Positions 55,336 to 64,000 of a stretch of 64,000 nt of DNA are shown here, piece by piece. The stretch is taken from NCBI GenBank assembly GCA_020054675.1, contig JAIHAL010000002.1:18042-82041 (forward strand), written 5' to 3'. Below the pieces are notes generated by a model. That model was not told the DNA's origin and searched no databases. It saw nothing but the letters and a program-made list of their open reading frames with translations. Numbering within the stretch: position 1 is the first letter of the stretch; each line of letters starts with the position of its first letter. The translations under genes and the position numbers were made by a program. This DNA comes from Oscillospiraceae bacterium (GTDB lineage: Bacteria; Bacillota; Clostridia; Oscillospirales; Ruminococcaceae).

Positions 55336-56322
55336 ATGCGGAATAAAAAACTTGCGCTTTTTGCCCTTCTTTCGGGATTGATAGTTTTTTCGTCTTCGGC
55401 GGCGATTGTTTTTGAAAACAATAAGAGCAATGAATTGCCTTTGAATGTGGATTCGGGGGTTTCTTTTTCCGAAAGCGGCGAAGTAATTGATGATTTTTAT
55501 TCCGAAACCGTCTTATCGGAAAGCGCCTTGCCTGAAACAGTGCCATCATTTCCGATTGAAATAAATTCAGCAGGGAAAAATGAACTTATGCTTCTTGACG
55601 GAATAGGCGGAGAAATTGCCCAAAGGATTATTGATTATAGGTCTGCGGGCAATTATTTTTATTGCACCGAGGATATAAAAAAAGTAAAGGGTATAGGCGA
55701 CTTTGTTTTTGAAAAAATAAAGGACAAGATATATGTTGATGAAGAAAAACTTCCGCCAAAGAACGAAAGTGAAATCCCGCCGAATTTTCTTACTGTTGAT
55801 TTGCCTGAAAGCAGTTTGGAAAGCACGCAGACCAAAAGCACATCGCCAACGGAAAATAAAACTCAAAAGGAAATTTCATATCCGCTTGATATAAATTCTG
55901 CAAGCGTTGATGAGCTTATGACGCTTGATGGAATTGGAGAGGTCCTTGCGCAGAGAATTGTTTCATATCGTGAGGAAAACGGCGGATTTGGCTCCGTTGA
56001 AGAAGTGATGGAGGTTAAGGGAATAGGCGAAAGCCTTTTTGAAAAAATAAAGGACAAGATTTTTGCAAGCCCCGTAGCGGACAAGCAAACTTTTTCTTCT
56101 GCCGAGGATTTTATAAAAAGCGAAAGTATTGGGATTCTTGATATAAATAAAGCAACTGCCGAGGAGTTTGACCTGCTTCCCGGAATAAGCCCAAAAACTG
56201 CGGTTAAAATAGTGAATTTCCGTGAGGATATAGGCGGATTTTCAAGCATTTACGAGCTTTTATACGTTGACGGCGTAACAGAATCGGTTTTTAATAAAAT
56301 AAAGGATTATATTACGGTGTGA
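55336..56322 (+). CDS. ComEA-like protein with three tandem helix-hairpin-helix modules
   Basis: AAGGTGG RBS with ATG at 55336. Signal-anchor, then three units of INSA..EL..L.GIG...A..I..YR...G.F....E...V.GIG...F.KIKD. Confidence 0.8.
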   Translation: MRNKKLALFALLSGLIVFSSSAAIVFENNKSNELPLNVDSGVSFSESGEVIDDFYSETVLSESALPETVPSFPIEINSAGKNELMLLDGIGGEIAQRIIDYRSAGNYFYCTEDIKKVKGIGDFVFEKIKDKIYVDEEKLPPKNESEIPPNFLTVDLPESSLESTQTKSTSPTENKTQKEISYPLDINSASVDELMTLDGIGEVLAQRIVSYREENGGFGSVEEVMEVKGIGESLFEKIKDKIFASPVADKQTFSSAEDFIKSESIGILDINKATAEEFDLLPGISPKTAVKIVNFREDIGGFSSIYELLYVDGVTESVFNKIKDYITV

Positions 56323-56454
56323 CGTAAAATTATTAAATTTTTTCTGCATGCAAGAAGATTAAAATATTGGAAAATATATATTTCAGGCGGTTGTGGAATC
56401 AAGAAAATTATGCTATAATATTAAAGTATTTCAAAAAAATAAGGAGATGTTTAA

Positions 56455-57723
56455 ATGGCGCTTGCTTTTCATAAGGAAGCTCTTTGCGACGGGGTCAATT
56501 TCACTGCGGTTACGGATACAAGATTTAAGACAAATCTGATAGGAATAAACCTTGTTTCGGACCTTGATGCAAGAACTGCCGCCGCCAATGCGGCAATTTC
56601 ACTTGTTCTTTCAAAGAGCAACAGCACATACAAAAGTATTACGGAAATAAACAAGAAATTAAGCTCGCTTTATGGGGCCAATATCAACGGGGATACTTTA
56701 AAAATCGGGGATAGCCAAATAATTTCCCTTACCGCAAGCTGCATAGCGGACAGATATACTTTCGGCGGGGAAAAAATAACCGGCGAGCTTGTTGATTTGC
56801 TTATAGAGTGCCTTTTTTCGCCTAATGTGGAGGATGGAGGCTTTTATGCAAAGAATTTTGAACTTAATAAGCAGGAATTGCTTGATGAAATAGATGCTGA
56901 AATAAATGAAAAGCGTTCTTATGCCCTGATACGCGCAGGCAAAAAGGTTTATGAGGGCGAGCCGGCATCAATCACTGCGCATGGCGACAAGGAGTATGCC
57001 TTGGAGCTTACTCATAAATCTGCATACGAGCAATATAAAAATATCTTGAAAACCGCGGGAATTGAAATTTTCTTTGTGGGCGGCGGAGACCCGGCCGATG
57101 CTTTGGAAAGGTTTAAAAAGGCTTTTGCCGGAGCGGAAAGGAATTTTTCAGGCAAGAGCGTGTCAAAGAAAAGCCCGCTTAAAACTCAGGCGTGCGAAGT
57201 TACTGAAACCTTGGACGTTGCCCAGAGCAAAATGGTTATGGCGTTTAAGAGCGGCTTTGAAAATGCCCCCGCAATGAGGCTTATGAATGCAATTTTCGGG
57301 CAGACGCCTTTTTCAAAGCTGTTTATGAATGTACGTGAAAAACTCAGCCTTTGCTATTATTGCGCCGCGGGATATGATGAAAGAAAAGGCGTGCTTGTTG
57401 TGGACAGCGGCGTTGAGCATAAAAATATCCAAAAAGCAAGAGATGAAATTTTAAATCAGCTTTCCGAAGTGGCAAACGGCAATTTTGCAGATTCAGAGAT
57501 GTCGAATTCCGCACTCAGCGTGATAAATAATTACAGGGCGGTAAATGACAGCGCCTTTGCGCTGGCCTCGTGGTATTTAAGGCAGGCATATGCGGGAACT
57601 TCCTTTACGCCTGAACAGGAGATTGAAAGAATCAAGGCAGTTTCAAGGGAAGATATCGTAAATGCGGCAAAATCTTTGTCGCTTGATACCGTTTATGTTC
57701 TTACAGGCAAAGGAGGAAAGTAA
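56455..57723 (+). CDS. M16 family peptidase-like protein lacking the HxxEH motif
   Basis: AAGGAG RBS. Insulinase-fold length and pattern. I could not find an HxxEH motif. Confidence 0.7.
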   Translation: MALAFHKEALCDGVNFTAVTDTRFKTNLIGINLVSDLDARTAAANAAISLVLSKSNSTYKSITEINKKLSSLYGANINGDTLKIGDSQIISLTASCIADRYTFGGEKITGELVDLLIECLFSPNVEDGGFYAKNFELNKQELLDEIDAEINEKRSYALIRAGKKVYEGEPASITAHGDKEYALELTHKSAYEQYKNILKTAGIEIFFVGGGDPADALERFKKAFAGAERNFSGKSVSKKSPLKTQACEVTETLDVAQSKMVMAFKSGFENAPAMRLMNAIFGQTPFSKLFMNVREKLSLCYYCAAGYDERKGVLVVDSGVEHKNIQKARDEILNQLSEVANGNFADSEMSNSALSVINNYRAVNDSAFALASWYLRQAYAGTSFTPEQEIERIKAVSREDIVNAAKSLSLDTVYVLTGKGGK

Positions 57724-57724
57724 A

Positions 57725-59008
57725 ATGGCTCATAACATTCAAACCGTAAAAAATGAAAGAATCGGAGAGCAGTATTATTATATAAAGCATCCGTCGGGAC
57801 TTGATATAATGGTCTGGGAAATGCCGAATTACAGCACCGCACATGCGCTTTTCGGCACAAAATACGGTTCGATAAATACAAAATTCAAGACTTCAAAGGA
57901 TAAGGATTATATAACGGTGCCGGAGGGAATTGCGCATTTCCTTGAGCATAAGCTTTTTGAAAACGAGGATTGCGATGTGTTCAGCCTTTACGCAAAGACC
58001 GGAGCATCCGCAAACGCATATACTTCTTTTGATAAGACCTGCTATCTTTTCAGCTGTACGGATAATTTTGAAGAGTCATTGAAGATACTTCTTTCCTTTG
58101 TGCAAAGCCCTTATTTTACCAAAGAAACGGTTGAAAAGGAACAGGGGATAATCGGGCAGGAAATCCGCATGTATGATGACAACCCGAATTGGAGGGTATT
58201 TTTTAATCTTCTTTCTGCGGTTTACCATAACCATCCCGTAAAGATTGATATAGCCGGAACTGTTGAAAGCATAGCAAAAATTGACGCGGATTTGCTTTAT
58301 AAGTGCTATAATACTTTTTACAACCTTAACAATATGGTTTTGTCTGTGGCCGGAAATGTCAAGGTTGAAAAAGTCCTTGAATTATGTGACGAACTGTTGA
58401 AGCCGTGCGAGAATACGAATCTTCAAACCGCTTTTGAGGAGGAGCCTGAAAGCGTTGCCAAAAAGGAAGCCGTTCAAAAGCTTGCGGTTGCAACTCCTCT
58501 CTTCAATATAGGCTTTAAGGCAAAGCCGGAAAAGGGAATAGACGGTTTAAGGGCTGAAATTGAAACAAATATAGTGCTTGCGCTTCTTGCGGATGAAAGC
58601 TCAAACCTTTATAAGAGGCTTTATGAGGAAGGGGTTATAAACTCTACTTTCGGCAGCGAAGTGTTTGACGGCGACGGATACTTCTGCTCCATTTTGGCAG
58701 GAGAAAGCCGCAACCCAAGACAGGTTTATTCAAGGATAATTGATGAAATTGAAAAAGCAAAGACGGACGGGCTTGACAAGGAACGCTTTGAGATAATCAA
58801 AAAGGCTTATTACGGTTCGCAGATAAGGGAATTCAATAATGTCGAGGCGGTTGCAACATCAATGATAAATTCGCGCATGGAAGGCGTAAGCCCGTTTGAC
58901 GTTATAGAAACCATTGCATCGGTTACGTTTGATGATGTGCAAAAGCGTCTTTTCAAGCAGTTTAATATTGAAAATTCCGCAATATCCATCATAGAGCCTT
59001 TGCAGTAA
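57725..59008 (+). CDS. M16 family zinc peptidase (HxxEH present)
   Basis: AGGAGG RBS with ATG at 57725, 1 nt after the upstream stop. HFLEHKLFE inverted zinc motif. Confidence 0.8.
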   Translation: MAHNIQTVKNERIGEQYYYIKHPSGLDIMVWEMPNYSTAHALFGTKYGSINTKFKTSKDKDYITVPEGIAHFLEHKLFENEDCDVFSLYAKTGASANAYTSFDKTCYLFSCTDNFEESLKILLSFVQSPYFTKETVEKEQGIIGQEIRMYDDNPNWRVFFNLLSAVYHNHPVKIDIAGTVESIAKIDADLLYKCYNTFYNLNNMVLSVAGNVKVEKVLELCDELLKPCENTNLQTAFEEEPESVAKKEAVQKLAVATPLFNIGFKAKPEKGIDGLRAEIETNIVLALLADESSNLYKRLYEEGVINSTFGSEVFDGDGYFCSILAGESRNPRQVYSRIIDEIEKAKTDGLDKERFEIIKKAYYGSQIREFNNVEAVATSMINSRMEGVSPFDVIETIASVTFDDVQKRLFKQFNIENSAISIIEPLQ

Positions 59009-59023
59009 CGGGAGGAACAGGTA

Positions 59024-60121
59024 ATGGACAAGGCTGAACATTATTTAAGCAACGGGAATATAATAGGCTTCCCGAAGCTTGGCATAGAATTCAACATAGA
59101 CAGCACGGCATTTTCGATATTTGGTTTTGATATTAAGTGGTACGGCGTTATAATTGCTTTTGGAATGCTCCTTGCAATGATTTATTGCTTTAAGAGGGTG
59201 AAAGAATTCGGACTTGATTCCGACAGGGTGATTGATGTTGTGCTTTTTGGCCTTATAGGGGCAATTATAGGCGCAAGAAGCTATTATATAGCTTTCAGCA
59301 GTGAAGTTACATTTGCAGATTTTTTGAAAATCCGCGATGGAGGTCTTGCTATTTACGGCGGGCTTATAGGTGCGCTTGTGGTCGGAGCAATTGCTGCAAA
59401 AATAAGAAAAGTAAAGCTTTTTCCTTTGCTTGATATGGCAAGCCTTGGATTTTTGATAGGACAGGGCATAGGCAGATGGGGCAATTTTGTCAATAAGGAG
59501 GCTTTTGGCTCTGAAACGACACTTCCTTGGGGAATGGCAAGCAAATCAATTGAAAACACGCTTGGCTACGGTGCCGATGGAATTGCCGTGCTTGCGCATC
59601 CGTGCTTTTTGTATGAATCTATTTGGTGCCTGATAGGCTTTGTACTTTTGCATTTTTATTCCAAAAAGCGCAAATTTGATGGAGAAGTATTTTTAATGTA
59701 CAGCGCTTGGTACGGGCTTGGCAGATTTTTTATAGAGGGACTCCGTACTGACAGCCTTTATATCGGAAGACTTAGAGTTTCACAGCTTGTGGCGGCCGTT
59801 TGCGTTGTGGTGGCGCTTGGAATTCTTTTGGTAGTCAGGAGCAACATAAAGCATGGAGCGGAGGTCGTGCTTTACCGCGATACTGAAGAATCCAAAAAGC
59901 TCCTGCTTGAAGCCGAGGAACGTGCATACAAAGAGGCCGAAAAGAAAAAAGGCAAAAAAGAAAATGCCGATGAAGCTGCGACGGAAGCGGCAGATAAGCA
60001 ATCCGAAGAACAGTTTGATGAACAATCCGAAGGGCAACCGGATGTGCAGGTGCAGGCGGATGCCGAAGAAAGCTCTGAAATCCAAAAAGAAATTGTAGAG
60101 GAAGAAAAGGAAAATGGCTGA
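59024..60121 (+). CDS. lgt: Prolipoprotein diacylglyceryl transferase with an acidic low-complexity C-terminal tail
   Basis: GIGRWGNFVNKEAFG signature and multiple TM helices. About 90 extra Glu/Lys/Ala/Gln-rich C-terminal residues. Confidence 0.9.
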   Translation: MDKAEHYLSNGNIIGFPKLGIEFNIDSTAFSIFGFDIKWYGVIIAFGMLLAMIYCFKRVKEFGLDSDRVIDVVLFGLIGAIIGARSYYIAFSSEVTFADFLKIRDGGLAIYGGLIGALVVGAIAAKIRKVKLFPLLDMASLGFLIGQGIGRWGNFVNKEAFGSETTLPWGMASKSIENTLGYGADGIAVLAHPCFLYESIWCLIGFVLLHFYSKKRKFDGEVFLMYSAWYGLGRFFIEGLRTDSLYIGRLRVSQLVAAVCVVVALGILLVVRSNIKHGAEVVLYRDTEESKKLLLEAEERAYKEAEKKKGKKENADEAATEAADKQSEEQFDEQSEGQPDVQVQADAEESSEIQKEIVEEEKENG

Positions 60122-60971
60122 AATCATTAACGGAAAAGAAGTTGCCGCAAGGGTTAAAGCAGAGGTGAGGAATGAGGTTTTACGCCTTAAAGAAAAGGGA
60201 ATTGATACAGGCCTTGCGGTTGTTATTGTGGGGAATGACCCGGCATCAAGAGTTTACGTAAATTCAAAGAAAAAGGCATGCGAAGAGGTTGGGATAAATT
60301 CATATGAATATGCCTTGCCGGAGGAAACCACGCAGGATGAGCTTCTTAAGCTTGTTGGAGAGCTTAATGCCGATGAAAGGGTGGATGGAATTCTTGTTCA
60401 GCTTCCGCTTCCTAAGCATATTGATGAAAATGCCATAATAAATGCAATAAGCCCGCAAAAGGATGTGGATGCTTTTCATCCGTTCAATGTCGGCAGGATA
60501 ATGATAGGGGAGTATAACTTTCTTCCCTGCACTCCGGCCGGAGTGATGGAGCTTATAAAAAGCGCTGGAATTGAGCTTTCCGGCAAAGATTGCGTTGTGA
60601 TAGGCAGAAGCAATATTGTGGGCAAGCCTATGGCTATGCTGCTGCTTCATAAAAATGCAACAGTAACGATATGCCATTCAAAGACAAGGAATTTGAAAGA
60701 AATCTGCTCCAAGGCGGATGTTGTTGTTGCTGCTGTGGGACGTGCAAATTTTGTAACTGCCGATATGGTTAAAGACGGCGCTGTTGTGATTGATGTGGGA
60801 ATAAACCGCCTTCCTGATGGAAAACTTTGCGGAGATGTTGATTTTGAGGGCGTAAAGGAAAAGGCGGGATATATAACTCCGGTGCCGGGAGGCGTTGGTC
60901 CTATGACAATTGCAATGCTGATGAAAAATACCCTTGCATCATCAAAGCTTAAAGCAGGAATTAAGGATTAA
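60114..60971 (+). CDS. folD: Bifunctional methylenetetrahydrofolate dehydrogenase/cyclohydrolase
   Basis: Motifs DGILVQLPLP and GRSNIVGKPMAMLL, plus PGGVGPMT. Overlaps the lgt stop. Confidence 0.95.
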   Translation: MAEIINGKEVAARVKAEVRNEVLRLKEKGIDTGLAVVIVGNDPASRVYVNSKKKACEEVGINSYEYALPEETTQDELLKLVGELNADERVDGILVQLPLPKHIDENAIINAISPQKDVDAFHPFNVGRIMIGEYNFLPCTPAGVMELIKSAGIELSGKDCVVIGRSNIVGKPMAMLLLHKNATVTICHSKTRNLKEICSKADVVVAAVGRANFVTADMVKDGAVVIDVGINRLPDGKLCGDVDFEGVKEKAGYITPVPGGVGPMTIAMLMKNTLASSKLKAGIKD

Positions 60972-61034
60972 AAAACACTTGATTTGTATAAATTCATTAA
61001 ATAATGCAAAAGATGAGAAAAAAATTACAGCACA

Positions 61035-61063
61035 TTGACAAATTATCCTGAGTATGCTAAAAT
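61035..61063 (+). promoter_or_regulatory. Sigma-A promoter candidate (TTGACA-17-TGC-TAAAAT)
   Basis: TTGACA at 61035-61040, 17-nt spacer, TAAAAT at 61058-61063. Confidence 0.45.
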
Positions 61064-61108
61064 TGTAATCAGATACAGGATGTTGATATTTGTCGAGGGG
61101 GTGGGAAT

Positions 61109-64000
61109 ATGCTTTTTAAAAATTTTAAAAAGCTTGTTCCCGCTTTGTTTTTTTGCATTTTTTTCTTGCCGGTTATTTCTGTTTATGCAAGCGAAAATGC
61201 CGTTAGGGAAATTTTTTTTGAAGAGGGCCGAAATTACGGAATATATCAGTATTCCCAAAATGGTGAATTTAAGGGATTTGAAACGGAAATAATAAAATCT
61301 GTTTTTAAGAATTCAAAATATAAGCTTAATTTTATTCCTCATGGGAGCAATAATTCTGAAAAGGCTTTAAGCTTTGTTTCGGCGGAGGAAGAACTTGACG
61401 GATTTTTAAAGTCAAATGAAGTTTACAGCAGGGATTACGGCTTTTTTTCTATGTTTAATAAAAGGATAGTGCATATAAGCGTAAATAAAATTAAGTATAT
61501 GAAAGTGGGCGTTCCGGAGCATGGATTTCCGCTTTCAAAAATGAAAGAACTTGATTTGAAGCCTGTTGTGTATAATGATACAAAAGATGGTATTTCAGCG
61601 CTTGAAAAAGGTGAAATTGAACTTTGGTTTGACGACATTAACGATGTGAATTATGTTTTGCTGCAAAGGAATATGAAAGCTGATATTGAATATCATGAGG
61701 AGCTTTCGTACAGCCAGCCTATGTGCATTGCTGTTCCGGAAGGTGATATGGAACTGCTTGATTATGTAAACAGGAATATTTCAAGGATAAAGGACAGCGG
61801 AGAGTTTGAACATTTGTATCTTAATTATTTTTTAAGGCATTCGGGGGAATATGACAAGAAAAAATCCCAAGCGCAAATGCTCAATTATACTCTTTTGGCA
61901 GTTGTTTTGCTTGTGGTTGTCTGGCTTGCTGTTTCTCTTAAAATTGATTTGAAAATCAATAAGGAAAAGGTTTCAAAATCAATAGCGAACAGCATTTTAA
62001 AGCATGGCAACAGGTTTATTATACTTTGGAGAAGCGATTTTTCACATAATGAAACAAATGATTATTTTAAAAATACTTTTGGCAGCCGACATGAAGAAAT
62101 ATCACAAAACTTCATAAACTTATTTTTCAAACCGGATGCTCTTTTAAAACAGGATAAAAGTTCAGATGATTTTGAAAAAATTTTAAATTACGATTCGGTT
62201 TTGACAAAGGAAATTGACTGCAACGGCGAGTTGCGTGAAATTTCATGGACCTCCATTTTAATAGATGGCAAGGGTGATGTGAAAACAGTCCTTTCAATAG
62301 GTTCCGATATGACGGAAAAAAACAGATTGCGCAGAGAGCTTAAACTTTCCGATGAAAGATATAAGCTTGCAATGGAAAGCGCAAGCATAGCTGTTATTTT
62401 TATTGAAAAGGACGGCTCGATTTCATACATATCAGATTTAGGATATCGGCTTATTGGAATTGAAAAATCTGAAAAGCTTGATATACAAAGTCTTACTGAA
62501 AAAATATTTTTTGAAGACAGAGAAGAATTTGCAAAAAAGATTTTAAACTGCAATATATATTCAAGCAACTTTTCTTCCTGCGAAGTCAGGATTTTAACCA
62601 AAAATAATGAATACAGATGGTTTGTCTTTAAATTCAGGCATATTTTTAACCCGACAACGGGTGCGCCATGCATAGCGGGAGCTTTTTACGACATAAACGA
62701 AGATAAGGAAAAAGACATGAAGATAGAAAAGCTTGCGTTTGAGGATGACCTTACAGGGATATTCAACAGGCAAAAATTCATGGCGGTTGTAAAAGAAACC
62801 CTTATAGACGCAAGATTTAATAACTTGAAATATGCGGTAATGGCTTTTAATTTGGATAATTTCCATAGGTTTAACGACTTGTTTGGAGTTGAGGCAGGGG
62901 ATAAGATTTTAAAGAATGTTGCACTGATTTTAAAAGAAAATCCTTATGGCCGCACAAGCGTATGCGCAAGGCTTGGAAATGATGAGTTTGCAGTTTTGGC
63001 GCATATAGGCTCCAATGATGGGCATATTGAAGAGTATATTAAAGGGATTTCAAATAAAATAAACGAATATACTTCCGAAAATTTTGACGGAATGAAATGT
63101 GCAATTTCAGCGGGCGTATGCGTTTATCCCGATGATGTGGACGATTATCACGAGGTTTGCGAGCGCGCTGTATTTCTGATGAGGACTGCAAAGGACAATC
63201 CTAATATTTTTATTCAAAGATATGATGAGAAAATTAAGGAAATGGTCCTCAAAAGGGATTTGATGGAAAAGGAAATCCGAACTGCGGTTGAAAAGGGCGA
63301 GTTTATACTTTACTATCAGCCTAAAATAGATGTTAAGACAGAGGAAATTGTCGGCGCGGAAGCGCTTATACGCTGGAAACATCCTAAAAGGGGCATAGTT
63401 TTTCCGAATGAGTTTATACATATTGCGGAGGAAATGGGACTTATAGGCGAAATAGGAAAGTGGACATTAAGGGAAGCCTGCCGTCAAAACAAGATTTGGC
63501 AAGACAGCGGGCTTAAAGAAATAAAGGTTTCGGTAAATTTTTCTTCCGTGGAATTTTATCAGTCGGATATTGTAAATTTTGTAAAATCAGTCCTTGATGA
63601 AACCGGCCTTGATGCAAAATGGCTGGAAATTGAACTTACTGAATCAAGGGCCATTGACGACAGGGAAGAAACCGTGCGCAAAATGCTTGAACTTAAAGAG
63701 CTTGGCGTTGGTATTTCAATGGACGACTTTGGAACGGGATATTCATCACTTGGATATATCCAAAATCTTCCTATTGATGAATTGAAGCTTGACAAATCGT
63801 TTATTGATAAGATAACAGGAGATGAAAAAGCGCGCAATATCATTTCAACGATTATAAGACTTGCTAAAATTATAGGCCTTGTCGTTGTGGCGGAAGGCGT
63901 AGAGGAAAAAGAGCAGTTTTATTTGCTTAAACAAATGGATTGCAATATGGTTCAAGGGTATTTGTTTGCAAAACCGCTTCCGCAAGAAGAAATAATAAAA
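61109..64000 (+). CDS. Signal peptide / solute-binding-like domain / TM / PAS / GGDEF (GNDEF variant) / EAL protein; 3' end outside window
   Basis: My own translation of frame 2 from the ATG at 61109 (after GAGGGGGTGGG) is open for 964 codons to the window end, so it is absent from the ORF track. Motifs: GNDEF (62975-62989), EALIRW, DDFGTGYSSL, ELKLDKSFI, QGYLFAKP. Confidence 0.85.
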   Translation, partial: MLFKNFKKLVPALFFCIFFLPVISVYASENAVREIFFEEGRNYGIYQYSQNGEFKGFETEIIKSVFKNSKYKLNFIPHGSNNSEKALSFVSAEEELDGFLKSNEVYSRDYGFFSMFNKRIVHISVNKIKYMKVGVPEHGFPLSKMKELDLKPVVYNDTKDGISALEKGEIELWFDDINDVNYVLLQRNMKADIEYHEELSYSQPMCIAVPEGDMELLDYVNRNISRIKDSGEFEHLYLNYFLRHSGEYDKKKSQAQMLNYTLLAVVLLVVVWLAVSLKIDLKINKEKVSKSIANSILKHGNRFIILWRSDFSHNETNDYFKNTFGSRHEEISQNFINLFFKPDALLKQDKSSDDFEKILNYDSVLTKEIDCNGELREISWTSILIDGKGDVKTVLSIGSDMTEKNRLRRELKLSDERYKLAMESASIAVIFIEKDGSISYISDLGYRLIGIEKSEKLDIQSLTEKIFFEDREEFAKKILNCNIYSSNFSSCEVRILTKNNEYRWFVFKFRHIFNPTTGAPCIAGAFYDINEDKEKDMKIEKLAFEDDLTGIFNRQKFMAVVKETLIDARFNNLKYAVMAFNLDNFHRFNDLFGVEAGDKILKNVALILKENPYGRTSVCARLGNDEFAVLAHIGSNDGHIEEYIKGISNKINEYTSENFDGMKCAISAGVCVYPDDVDDYHEVCERAVFLMRTAKDNPNIFIQRYDEKIKEMVLKRDLMEKEIRTAVEKGEFILYYQPKIDVKTEEIVGAEALIRWKHPKRGIVFPNEFIHIAEEMGLIGEIGKWTLREACRQNKIWQDSGLKEIKVSVNFSSVEFYQSDIVNFVKSVLDETGLDAKWLEIELTESRAIDDREETVRKMLELKELGVGISMDDFGTGYSSLGYIQNLPIDELKLDKSFIDKITGDEKARNIISTIIRLAKIIGLVVVAEGVEEKEQFYLLKQMDCNMVQGYLFAKPLPQEEIIK

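Overview
This window reads as ordinary core chromosome from a spore-forming, fairly AT-rich Firmicute of clostridial type. Markers for that call are SpoIIID, a CwlD-like amidase, a NodB-type deacetylase lipoprotein, a V-type ATPase, a reverse rubrerythrin and hemerythrins. It is densely packed with about 60 protein genes. From start to end these are:
- a ParE/ParC-like type IIA topoisomerase pair, with the B subunit cut by the window start;
- a GH27 alpha-galactosidase;
- an aroF-aroB-aroA-aroC chorismate block;
- DUF4364, heptad-repeat and DUF1540 genes;
- an orphan pyrB carrying a fused PyrI-type zinc domain, then spoIIID;
- a methyl-accepting chemotaxis protein;
- a fruR-fruK-fruA-ptsH fructose PTS operon;
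- a Fur-family regulator;
- a TetR gene beside a three-gene ABC-2 exporter;
- a histidine kinase / response regulator / queH unit;
- an ACT + UPF0210 pair;
- a nine-gene V-type ATPase operon;
- cwlD and radA;
- a HlyD adaptor plus FtsX permease;
- two tandem hemerythrins, clpC and a reverse rubrerythrin;
- a GT2 glycosyltransferase and queT;
- an aminotransferase-trpS unit;
- a triple-HhH ComEA-like protein;
- an M16 peptidase pair, lgt and folD;
- a large SBP-PAS-GGDEF-EAL gene that runs off the 3' end and is missing from the ORF track.

I recognised no rRNA, tRNA, CRISPR array, transposase, integrase, prophage or defence-island signature, and I see no convincing multi-gene novel system. The observations worth a second look are small-scale:
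- a Phe/Trp/Tyr-rich mini-ORF plus terminator ahead of the aro operon, a possible leader-peptide attenuator;
- a pseudoknot-type preQ1-II/III-like leader ahead of queT;
- a perfect (EQRLDKV)x9 coiled-coil protein;
- a 45-aa protein with 14 cysteines;
- the PyrB-PyrI(Zn) fusion;
- several sub-60-aa ORFs and operator-like repeats.

Family names come from motif recognition by eye and should be confirmed with HMM or BLAST searches.
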